Positions 24,071-35,545 of a DNA stretch of 64,000 nucleotides are shown here, piece after piece (position 1 is the first letter of the stretch; the number at the start of each line of letters is the position of its first letter). The notes beneath the pieces were generated by a model. The model had not been told where the DNA came from, did no database searches, and saw only the letters and a list, made by a program, of their open reading frames with translations. The translations under genes and the position numbers were made by a program. Source of the DNA: Hydrolagus affinis (lineage: Eukaryota); contig JAAILG010000139.1 in assembly GCA_012026655.1 (NCBI GenBank), positions 1 through 64,000 on the forward strand, in the 5' to 3' direction.

Positions 24071-24727
24071 GATTTATTCAGATCTATTGAGATTCCATTG
24101 ACAAGATTGTGTGAACCTTAATTAGGTTGTTTTGAATGAGGTGGAGTGAATCAAAACGCCATTTAGTTACAATTTGACCAGTAAATTATCAGTTTCAGTA
24201 TTCAAGAGCATAATAAACAGAGGACTGAATTCAAATTAGGGCTTGATTGATATTCCTTTCCTTACGCTGAATGAAAAAGCTAAGGACAGAGGCAAACACC
24301 ATTGCTGAGGTTTACTAAGTAACTGAGAACCTCCATTAAAAGAACATTAGTTCACAGTTTTACCAAACAAAATCGAGACAAGACTTACTTAACATTTGGG
24401 TGAACTTAGGTGTAATGAATATTGTATTAGCACAGTACAAATAGAAAATTGTAGGTTTCACATCAACATCAGTGAGACAATCGGATCAGCCATTTCAGTT
24501 TGCAAAATGAGAGAGAATTTTGGGTATCGTGAAATTCACACGTCTTCAAAGGACTGCTAATGTGGAGTCGGTGAGAATGTTTATCATAATTCTTCCATTT
24601 CATAAAGCGCCTTATCGTGTCCTCGAGATGACTCAAATTATTATATTTTATTATGATGGGCTGGAAACCGAGTCATTGTTACAGAGGACAAAAGTGTGGC
24701 GCTTGGCAGAACAGAGAGATAGTTTGT

Positions 24728-24905
24728 AATAAGAATAAGAATAATAATCCTTGCATTTGATATAGCGCTGTTGAGATGTCTCAAAGCACTTCACAGAATA
24801 TACTGTAAAGTGAATTGTGTGCATAGTTTGCAGGTGAAACGCAGCAACCAATTGTGCACTGAGGTGCCCTGCAAACAGTTGTGGATTGAGTGACCGAATT
24901 ATTAA
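24728..24905 (-). mobile_element. SINE 3' half
   Basis: Family tail and body in reverse complement. Confidence 0.85.
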
Positions 24906-26925
24906 TCTAATTCAAAACAAAAAATTTGCGTATGCAGCACGGGGTTCCAGAAGAACATGAAGCAGGATAATGATGACATTTGTATGCTGTAAAGCAATTT
25001 CCTCCACGTGCTGAGGAATATGGCTGCAAGACAGATAACAAGAGTAAACAACCGGTTTTATCTCCGAGTATTTCAAACGTTGATGATAAGAGGCAGCGAG
25101 GCATCCAATGAATTCCTGTTTGTAGCTAGAGAGCATTTCAAAAAAAAATTTTTAGGATATTTTGGGCGGGTGATTAAAAAATCATAATCATTTTAAAGTG
25201 CAAAATAGGAGGAGGATTTTCACTTGATATGCAACGTTTCCCTGATTTATCCAAACCAAAAATAGTTTTCCGTTATTACAACGACAACTTGCATTTATCT
25301 AGCGGCCATCACACAGGGCAGTGTCTCGGAGTGCTGAACAATGCCTCAGTTTGGCACTGAGCTGGGAAGGTAGGGGCTATTACACTGGCAGGAAGATAGG
25401 CACACTCGAAAGGAAAGGCCTTCCAAGTGCGCTCTGAAGATGAGTAAAGGTGGGTGAAAATGACAAAAATATGGACGCATAATTATTTTTAAAGGCACTT
25501 ACACAAGTGTTTGCCTACGGAACATGCTGTCACTAGATTTTACAGCTATTTCAATGAAGCGTTTTGAGATGTCCTGTTGATGTGAAAGGTGCTTTATCAA
25601 ATGCAAATTTTATTATTTGTTATTATTAATAGAATTCAAGGGATCATCGTCAATTATGCAAGGTTGTATTTTGTGACTCAATTTATAATTTGCAATTAAC
25701 TTCTTGCTCCCAGTCTTTTAGTTTGTTTTGATGATGATGAATTTAGTTGGTGAGAAACTGCCCGAGCTGGACAAAATAATGGGCAGTATTACAGGCTCAA
25801 TTTTGTATTAGTCTCTGCAGAAATCTGATTCAGGCACGATGTGATATGACATTTCACATTAGTTTTAAATAAGTGCTTGCGAGTTACCTTTTACAAATTA
25901 GAGGTTCAGCATTTTTAAACGGCTAGGTCTGCAGAGTTTTGTGTCTGCAAAAGAGCGTTCTTGAAATGTGCAATTTCTGTAATTTGGATTTTCTGATTTA
26001 GAGCAGCAATCCCCTGGGTGAAGCTAGAACCACAGTCAATTAAAGGCTAACAGTTGTAGTTACAGTTCTGAATATCAATTCTTTAAAGGTTGTGGCTGGG
26101 TGTTTAATATAAAATACTTTCAATGTTACATAGAAGAATGAGCATTGTAAAACAAGAATCACCTGAATGGGGATATAATGATGAATGTGTTTAGAGTCGC
26201 CAAAATAATTAGTGTATTGGCTAATTAGGTATCAACTTGGCCTCAGTTGGTAGCAACAACAACAACAACTTGCATTCATATAGCGTCCTCCATGCCGGGA
26301 GGCGTCTCAGTGCAAATAACAAAACAGAACAACAACAGCAGTAACCTAAACTTTTGAGATCCCACTATTCCAAAATCCTATTCCGAACAACCGCAAAATG
26401 AAATTGGTCATTCATTTCAGAGATGTTTGGAAATTGGTTGCCACGTTTACCTCAAAATGCCATCAACACACTGTACCGCTGTGAGACATTTCGTGATGAC
26501 ATCTGATGAGGTTTAGAATGCAGTGATTTGTGTAAAAAGAAAATTTTAACAGTGCGCTACCATTGAGAGGTGAGGAATAGGACTGTTTTTATTGAACTCC
26601 TTTAGACTGATTCCTCCCTAAGACATTATCTGAGAATTGTGCTGAATCTACGCAAGTTATATCTCATCTGTCTTTGTCAAATCTAATCAGTGTTCATCAC
26701 AAAATTCCAAGAAGTTAGTTAAACATATGCAAATAAATCCTGACTGTTGCTTTTCCATCTTCTAGTCCAATAATGGATCAATTCCAGCCATGACTGAGAA
26801 TAAAGCTGATTCTTAACTAGCATCTCATTACCGATGTGATATTATTGCTGAGAATAATCCCTGAAAAGTAAGGGTATTAGGGGATGTAGAGAAAAGGTGA
26901 GTAAATACAATTAGGAAGATAAGGA

Positions 26926-27085
26926 ACAAGCAACAGAAGTTGCTGGGGAAACTGAGTTCTGATGAAGGACTAGAAACGTTGACTCGCTTTCCATTCTCCA
27001 TGGATGCTTCCGTTACCTGCTGAGTTTCCCCAGCAACTTCTGTTTTTGTTTCAGATTCCCAACATCTGTAGTATTTTGTGTTTTG
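26926..27085 (+). mobile_element. 160-bp Penelope-type retroelement insertion with inverted 5' segment and minimal hammerhead motif
   Basis: Perfect 14-bp direct repeat TAGGAAGATAAGGA at 26912-26925 and 27086-27099. 22-bp inverted repeat at 26932-26953 / 27023-27044. GAGTT-CTGATGA-aggacta-GAAAC-GTT-GACTC at 26954-26985. Confidence 0.8.
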
Positions 27086-27189
27086 TAGGAAGATAAGGAG
27101 ACAGCATGAACTAATAAAATGATGAAGCATCAGTTGGCCCATTCCCGCCACTACGTTTTGTTTTGTTCATCTGATATGAAAAAGTCTGG

Positions 27190-27392
27190 TTTAATCAGTA
27201 GCACCCTTAGCGCTAAATCAGAAGGCCGTTTGAAACAGTTTGAAACCCACATTAGGATTATGAACTCACGCAGTCTAGACTGACTGCCCAATGCACTGCT
27301 GGGAGAGTCCTACATTGTTGGAGGTGCCATCTTCTGATGAGAGGTTAAACCGAGGTCCCGTCTGCCTGCCCAAGTGGACATTAAAGATTCCA
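27190..27392 (+). mobile_element. Older DeuSINE/SacSINE1-like 5' half
   Basis: tRNA-like head, then cattgttggaggtgccatcttctgatgagaggttaaaccgaggtcccgtctgcc...gtggacattaaagattcca (Deu-domain-like). Confidence 0.78.
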
Positions 27393-28174
27393 TCAAATTC
27401 GAGAATTATTATTAAAATGTGACCTTCCTGTAAGACCTTTCTACGGCTAGAGATTTCTGTGGTACCGTTTCAGGTAGTTTCATGGTTCTGAATGTACGAG
27501 TGGTGTTTTCTTAGCTTTGATATAAATGTTCACATGAGTACGTTTTGATAGCACCAAACATCTGTTTCAACACAGAATTCATTGACAATGTTGAGAAGGT
27601 TGTAAAAGTCTATTAAGAGAAGTTGATGATACCGTTATCAGTAAGACTGATGCACTCAGCAGCTATCTAGTCATCCAAAACCAAATGTACATTACAGCCT
27701 TGAATGCTGTATATTCAACAAGAATATCAGTCCAGATTTACTTACTTTTTCAGAGGTATCCTATTGAAGTCCATAACTTCTCTTATTGATGCTAATCACC
27801 GCCATTCTGACCAGCAAGTCCTATCACTTGCTCCGATTAAACGTGAGAAATGAAGAATGGGCACTCTACACTTTTGTATCACTGACAGAATGGAAATATT
27901 TAGAAGAGAAATGGCACAGAATGACCTAATTCTGTATCGATTGCACTGCAATATCTCTTTCCTAGTATTTCTCATCTGCTAATGAGTATTTCTCATCTGC
28001 TTTTCGAATTCCCTGTGGTAATTCAGGCACATGGGGACGTCCTCCTGACAGGAAAAGGCTGTACAAATGCAATTTGTTGTTGATGGTGGAAAAATGTCAA
28101 TTAATATTAAAAATTCAAAACTCATATATGAACAGTGAAAACATCAATACAGCTTGTACGTCATGTGAATGAAT

Positions 28175-28582
28175 GTTAATAATAATTCTTGTGTTTGATA
28201 CAGCGTCTTATCAGATCAGCAGGATGTCTCAAACCGCCTCACAGGATTTCCTGTAAATCAGTGCAGTGACTGTGTATTTATAGCTGAATGTGGCAACCAA
28301 TTTGCACACATCAATATCCCATAAAGAGCCAAAGTGATTGACCAATTTTGTCTGGAGGACTGATGAGCGAAGGGAGAAACTCCTTCCTCTTTTCAAATAG
28401 TGCCATGGGATCTTTAACATCCCCCTCAATGTCTCTTAATATCAATTTAACGTCTCATCCAAATGATGGCAAGTCTGACAAGGCAGCCCTGCAGCAACGC
28501 ACTGGAGTGGCAGCCTATGTGCTCAACTTCTTGTTGGAGGGATTGACTTAGAGATAGGAATGTTAACCAGCGAAGCTAGGCT
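28175..28582 (-). mobile_element. Older DeuSINE/SacSINE1-like copy
   Basis: tagtgccatgggatctttaacatc...tttaacgtctcatcc and family tail. Confidence 0.8.
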
Positions 28583-29099
28583 GCATGAAAGTAACAAACA
28601 CCCCATTTGAAGCTTGTCTCCAGCAGTATAAGATTAGAGTGTATAATGCTATTTTTCTCATTTACCTTAATAGCTTTTGTTACCATTTAATGGACAATCT
28701 CAAGGAATGTAATGTGCTCTAACGACAGTTTGAATATTTACTTACATTGTCCTGCTTTGCTTTATTGTGTTTCAAGGAGACATGTTTAGGTAGGTTCAAG
28801 TTAATTCATTCACCAACAACAACTTGCATTTATATATATCATTGCAAGGTCATCCTTCTACCACTGAGCTGAATATAAAAATGGTAGTTCATCAAAATGA
28901 GGAACAAAATTCTACATCTTAAAATGTCCAAGGTTTCACTTTACTACACACTAAATCACTGTGCTTAGCTTGGCATAAACCAGAGATCAAACCTTGTACC
29001 CAGCTGGTTTTATATGACATACACAGGGCAGTAACTTCATCAACTGAACCATTGGAGAAGCACACTTTGTCTTTGAGAAAGGAGTTGATTACATCATTA

Positions 29100-29328
29100 A
29101 ATCTTTGGCACTCCATCCCACAGTCCCTGTGCCTTGCTCCCTCCTTTGCCTCCTTCAAGGACCGAATCAAGACCTTCCTCTTTGATCGTGCCTTTGGTCA
29201 TCTACCTACGCCTACCTGCCCTCCTGATCCCAACTCTCAACTCAAGCCCAAATCTCTGACCGTCCAGTGACTTGGGACATCCATTCTTACATGAAAGGCT
29301 ATACAAATGTAATTTGTTGCTGTTGTTA
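29100..29328 (+). mobile_element. L2 3' fragment
   Basis: LWHSIPQSL..SFKDRIKTFLFDRAF plus stem-loop and (TTG)n tail. Confidence 0.88.
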
Positions 29329-30069
29329 GCTGATATGGCGTTTTCTACGTTAGGATTCAGAGACTTGAGAATGCAATAACAAAAGTCATAAACTTTCTCA
29401 GAATTAACTGTCTCACCCTCTGCAAGAGCAGCAGGGACAGGAGGAATAGATAGTTGCAAGAGGAAAACTGTCTCCTTTTTTGAGCTGCAATGAAAACGAC
29501 ACGAAGAAAATATCTGCACTAACTGAGATATCATCCATGGGTTGCTATGCAACAGAATATTCAGCGTCTCAAATTGAAAATGCATGTTGCTTTATCGAGT
29601 GTGGATTGGATGTGGGTCTGTAGATTTTGAGTGACATTTGGATTGATATTGCAATTTATGCAATTTGGATGGCAAAGCTCTTCAATAATGCGGTTTTTTT
29701 GATGGTGATCGCTCGCAGGAGAAAAATGATTGACTGACAAATCTCATTTCCCAACTGAACATGAAGAAAAGTTCCTCCCACCTCATTAGCCTTGCAAAAT
29801 GATTGCTTCCAATATCACTGATCAATACTCACTAATTCCAAAGTTGTTCCATTCTGTACCATCATTAAGGACAAATTCTACGCTTGGTAATTTATGTGAT
29901 AGACAGACAACTTCTCTCCATCAAATCAGGGAACATCTCCCCAACAGATAATAATAATTATTCTTCCATTTGCTATAACACTCTTAATCACATCATCTCA
30001 AACACTTCACAAGATTTCACTGTATTTGTCGAGGCGAACGCAGCAGACAATTTGCTTAAGTAATGTCAT

Positions 30070-30365
30070 GGGTACATAAGAACAAGAGTAGGTCATTCAG
30101 CCCTTCTAGCCTTTTCCACCATTTCATTAGGTCATGGCTGATCTGTACCTCTACTAATCCTTTCAATTTCAATTTCCTGCTTTCTCCCCTTATCCCTTAA
30201 TATCCTGACCTGCCAAGAATTTATCAATCTCACTTTTGAAGTTGTCGATGGATCCAGCATCCACTGCCTTTTGGGGAAGAGAATTCCAGATTTCTACCAC
30301 CCTTTGAGTGAAAAAATAATTCCTGATTTCTCTCTTAAATGGACTGGTTCTAATTTTAAGACTGT
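30070..30365 (-). mobile_element. CR1 3' fragment nested in a minus-strand SINE (29947-30067 and 30365-30410)
   Basis: ORF 30190..30372 reads HSLKIRTSPFKREIRNYFFTQRVVEIWNSLPQKAV; SINE halves continue on both sides. Confidence 0.9.
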
Positions 30366-31659
30366 GTCCCACAAACAGTCTTGAAGTGAATGACCATTTT
30401 TTATCTGGGGGATCTCACTTCCACTGCAAAGGGATCTTTAGATGTAGCAAATAAATATTAATGGAAAAGATCTTGTTTGATTAGAGTTACCAAAATAATC
30501 ATGAAACTGTTCAATGTTTTTTTAAACATTATTGTCACTTTGAATATCAGAACCTCAGATTGGAAGTTTAAAAATCCTTGTTCTTCTCCTATTTGCTCCG
30601 GAAGTAAGACATCATTGTGAGGGAATTAATTTGGAACTTTGAACTGATGTTCCAGGCTCAAACTGTGATAGAGTTCTGGGGGAGCCTAGCATTGTTGGAG
30701 ATGCTTTCAGATGAGATGTTGAAATACAAAAAAAAAGTCAATTCCCTTTACGGTTTATTCTGTGAAATACTTTAAGATGTCTCAAAGAAATAATCAGGCG
30801 TTATATCAAATGCAAGGACTACTATTATTAATCAAGATCCTGTTTGTCTGTTCTGTGGAAAACCAAAATAATTTGATCTGTGCTACAGTGTGAGTTTGAC
30901 ACAAGTTTGACCGAGATAATGAGTGCCATCATCTTCATCATAAAACACTGTTGTCTTTAATGTCATTGTTGGAATTCATTTGAACAATACTACAGAGTGA
31001 GCTTTGTTGCTTGCCTTTTAGATTGCCTTTTCTTTTGTAGTTGTAAATGAGTCTGGCTTTCAAATGGAAAGAAGCAACAGGAGAAAGGGAGGTAAAAAAA
31101 AAGATTAAACCATCTTTGCAATAATGTCAGATATTGGGAGAGAAATTAAAAATGGAATTGTAGTTCATATTGATGTTCAAACATGCTGTGCCATAGAGTT
31201 GAACAGGAAGAGCATACTTCACTGAATTTCACACCAAAAGCTCCCAATTCCTCAATTGATAATAATAAAAATCCTTGCATTTGATACAGCACTTTATCAC
31301 ATTGTTCATACGTCTCAAAACGCTTCACAAGGTACACTGTAAAATGTAATGACTGGGTTGTTGTTGTAACATGACTTATGCAAAGTCGGAATATAAACTC
31401 TTAAATGGGCTTTTGACAGATGTATGACTTAGACAATTATATGATTTATACAGATCAGAATACGCAAGTTTTACTGTATTCTGAGTGCAATGGCACTCAC
31501 TATAATTCCGAAATTACATACTGTAAGCTCCCATTGTCAAGGTCCTCACCACAATGAGAGTGAAGATCAGAAGGGCAGATGACTTGCTTTACTCATTTGA
31601 AACATATTTTTAAACTTTGACTCAGTGAATTGTTGTAGAACCCTCTTATATATTCCCTC

Positions 31660-31995
31660 CACTTCTCAGGAGGGACATCCCAAGGTGCTGGACACTCAGA
31701 GATTTGGTCCAGAACTGAGGGTTGGGATCAGCAGGGGTGAAGGGCAGAGAGGGTTGGAATAGGAGGTATGCTGAAAGTTGGTGTCAAAGAGGAGGATCTT
31801 GAGACAGGCCTCGAAGGAGGTAAGTGAGTGAGCAAGATGAAGGGACTGTGGGACGGAGTTGTCAAAGAGGAGGATCTTGAGACAAGGCTTGAAGGAGGTC
31901 AGTGAGGGAATGAGATGAAGGGATTGTGGGATGTAGTTGCAATGGGTGGGGCTAGAAAAGCTGAAGGCCCAACTGCGGACGGTGGGATGGGCTGG
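31660..31995 (-). mobile_element. L2 3' fragment with a 78-bp internal tandem duplication
   Basis: ORF 31696..32061 repeats PQSLHL..SLTSF..CLKILLFD twice; units start at 31782 and 31860. Confidence 0.88.
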
Positions 31996-34265
31996 GTTGA
32001 ATGATTGCTTAAAGTCAAACTGTTTACTCCAGTCTCTGCACTGGAGCCCAAATCTATTCATTCATTATTGCCCTTTGATCATCCATGTGTAGGCGATTGT
32101 TTCAAAATGTAAAAGCGTTGACATTCATAACCTAAAGACACTTAACAGTTGATAATTTAGCATTATCATTTATAATCAGAAAAGCACATTGTCACTCTGC
32201 TTGTGTGACGCTTTTGAGTTATTAGAATTAAGTATTTTAAGTGACGTCATGAAGCTAGCATCCCCATGGTAACAGCTTACACTGTTTCCCAACCTGTCTC
32301 CAATGTAATGTCTCTCTGGCACTTGCAACCTTTCTAACTCGAAATTATCTATTCAGTCGTAAGATAGTCTACACTATCTCCATTCCCAGAGGAACCTAGC
32401 TGATAAATGTAGGGACAGTACTCCACAGAACATAAGTAATTTTACAGACTTTGCTGAATCTTATCACAATTGCCTATTAATTCTGTTTGATTCTCTCTAA
32501 CTTCCAAATGAAGGACCCTTAATTTGTTTTTTTTTGCTTCAATATGCTCATCAATATTCAATAAGAGCAGCATGTCTAACAAAATAAACATGCTTCACCA
32601 TGGGGTTATAATTCAGCAGTAAGCTCTGGGAACCATCACCTATGACTGCATTGATATGCATTCCTCAGCTACTTATACATTAACCTTTCTCTGGGTCATA
32701 CACGTTCTTAAATATCTAGATCACTTTACGATAAGAAGTAAATTGAAAAGTAAAAGGTCGCAGACAGCTTATCTGATCCATGCACCTCCGCGCAGAGCGA
32801 ATCGAGTGCGGCTTTGATTCCAACACACTTCACTATTTAATTCATATAAGTGTTTTAATTTCCAATAACCGAATTATCTCAAATAGGTTTCTTGGCCCCA
32901 TCTTATTAAGACTTTTAATCTTTTATTTACATGCACGTACGTATATCCAGTCTATGCTACAGATACAGCAAGACTATTTAATCCAATAACAAAGGCGGTG
33001 TGAAAATTATGGTTCAACACAATTTTATTGAAAATATAACAGTATTTCATCACAGCTGTGCTGGGTTGTAGTGTGTGGAATGCACTGCCTTGGATGCAAA
33101 ATGAATTGAGTTGTTTAAAATGGCGATTTCACACACAATTGGGACACTACTTTACAGTATCTAATTTGTTCACTGAATCCATGACTGTTTGTGGGATTGG
33201 CAGGCACATTTTGCTCAAAAAAACTTACAGTTTAATCATTTTCCAGTATATTCTGGGAAGCGTTTTGAGATACCTCGAAGACTATCAAATGAAGGATTAT
33301 TATTATTATATCCAGTTAAGCAAACACTTGATGCATCTTCCAAATGTGAAAGGCCCCACATCATATGCAAGGATTATTATAAAGGTCTTGAATAATGTCA
33401 GGAAAGGATGGAACAACGGAATTAATAAGATGCAGCAATTTGGAAAATACAGAGAGTAAATCTTATTCCTTCCTGTTCATGAAATATTCAATGTCAAATT
33501 GCGTCCAAACCAATCTGCCTCTCAAACTTCGGTTTCTACTCTATAAATGCAATTTTGTTGCTGCTGTACTGTTTTAAAATACTCCACCTATTGAGGACAA
33601 CTCTGCAACTGGGATGGTTTGTGGACTTTGCTGGAACAGTTGGAATGCAACCCTTGTGAGCCAACCTGAAATACTGTACATTATACTGAACCTCTTCGTT
33701 CAGTCATGCAGGATTTAAAGGATTATTTTACAGCCAGTGTCAAAGTGCATTTCAGAATTGAGAACACTTTGCATGATTAATTGCTGTGTTAGCAGCATCT
33801 GAGTATATTGTGTTAAGACGTATTCATTACTGTAATTGGTTCTATTAAGTTTCCAGATTTAAGGCTGCTAATTATCTTAAAATAATTTCACCGTTAATTG
33901 TTATTACCTTTTTTAAAGCAACACATTTAGACTTCATTTAGGTCAAGGTTACTACACAAAAACACTTGCTCGGTATTGTGAACAGCTACAGTAAGTGATT
34001 GAACCAATGGCATTCAACGGTACAGCAATCAGTTTGGAGAGAATGGTGTCTAGAAGATAGCAATTGCATAATAATTAAAGTATTATCGAAGCTTCCAAGA
34101 TACAGAGAATAGAAAGGAGCACAAGACAATGAACAATCAAACTAAATATAGCAGATCATTCCACCTCTCTCCAGTCTTAAGGACCATTAATGGGCAAGTC
34201 TATCCAAAATTATCTTTCTACCAGGCGACACTCTCGTGTCAACTTTATTCTGAATCAGAGACTTG

Positions 34266-34557
34266 TGGAGTCTTGTAGCTCAGTGGTTAGAGCACTCGCC
34301 TTGCAATCAGGAGACCCGGGTTCAATTCCAGGCTGGACAAAACTTTTGATCAAATTTCCTTACATCTGCTAATAATCCCAATAATGAATTGGTCATTTCA
34401 ATCCACAACTGTTTGTGGGACACTGCTGTGCGCAATTGGCTTCCGCACTTGGCAAAAAATATATAGTCGGTTTATTTTATTCTAACATTCTGTGAAGTGC
34501 TTTCAGATGTCCAGGAGATGTGAAAAGCACTGTATCAAATGCAAGGATTATTATTAT
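34266..34557 (+). mobile_element. tRNA-SINE, short form, full length
   Basis: A-box TAGCTCAGTGG, B-box GGTTCAATTCC, body and tail. Confidence 0.9.
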
Positions 34558-35249
34558 GAGCAGTAGTATGTGGAACTTTCATGTTAAACATCCTGTTTTT
34601 AGACAAGCAATCCATGAATTATTAACTGATTAAACTCTGGGGTCCCCCAATGGAAACTCTGGGGTCCCCAAACCTAGCTTTTTGCCAACTAGACCCTAAT
34701 GCTTCCTGGATTAGGTAAACAAGGTTGAAGAATCAATGGCACATTTCCATGTAGGTGGAGCTCAGTGGTTTACTTTGGACGCTTACATGTTGATGGGTTG
34801 TTGTGTGTGTCAGACACTCGTCTGACCAACAAGCAAAGTCTTTTTATATCATCAGCAAGATTATTTTTCTCCCTCCGTTCTTTTGCGAGAGATTATAATT
34901 ACAAATGAGCTCTTGTTTGTTTTCGTTTTATGTATGTCCTAGAAAATTTTTGTGAAGTAGTAGAAAGTCAACTGATTAAAGTTCTATTTTTATCTGATAG
35001 GATTTTATTCTAACTCGTAGCTTTGCCTGTCGTACAGTAATTAAGGTGATTTATTAAGAAAAACACATGATGTTGTATGCGCTTGTTTCTCTTGGAGAGT
35101 TGGCTTTAGTCAAAGGAAAGATAAATCTTGGGATAGGGTTTTTTTTTAATGGATGCAACACAAAGTTTTTGCACTGTTTAAATGAACTAAATTCATTCAG
35201 TAACATTCCCATCGGAAGGTGTTAGATTTAAAACTACATTGGGATTTTT

Positions 35250-35545
35250 AACTCAAGTCTGACACTCCAGTGCAATGCTGGGGGAGCATTGCATTGTTGA
35301 AGGTGCCATCTCACAGATGCAATATCCAGCAGATAGCTTGTTACCTGGTCAAGATGCCACAGCACTATGGCAAGGTGAACTGGCAGATAATCTCCCAGAT
35401 AAAATTAATCACTCACTTCATGGCTGTTTGTGAGATATTGTTGCTTGCAAATTGGCTGTTCCGTTTGACTACAGACAATGCTGACACAATAAATCCTGTG
35501 AAGCGCCTTGGGATATTCTCCCAATGTTGTGAAAGGTGCTGTTTT
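35250..35545 (+). mobile_element. Degenerate DeuSINE-like copy
   Basis: tctgacactccagtgcaatgctggggg..gcattgttgaaggtgcc...tggctgtttgtgagatattg...gtgaagcgccttggga. Confidence 0.7.

Noticed and set aside
28355-28390. Additional CTGATGA...GAAA match (also 27334, 5122, 9600)
   Set aside because: No supporting helix I/II pairing; two of these lie inside DeuSINE copies, so they are treated as chance matches.
34266-34335. tRNA-like sequences with A and B boxes (also 13117, 51713, and minus-strand 18740-18808, 21540-21610, 62050-62122)
   Set aside because: They are SINE heads that continue into SINE body and tail, with no intact acceptor stem or Pol III terminator after a tRNA-length unit.
34561-34740. 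Possible decayed hAT MITE ending aaggttgaagaatcaatg
   Set aside because: The left terminus matches poorly and no TSD is identifiable.
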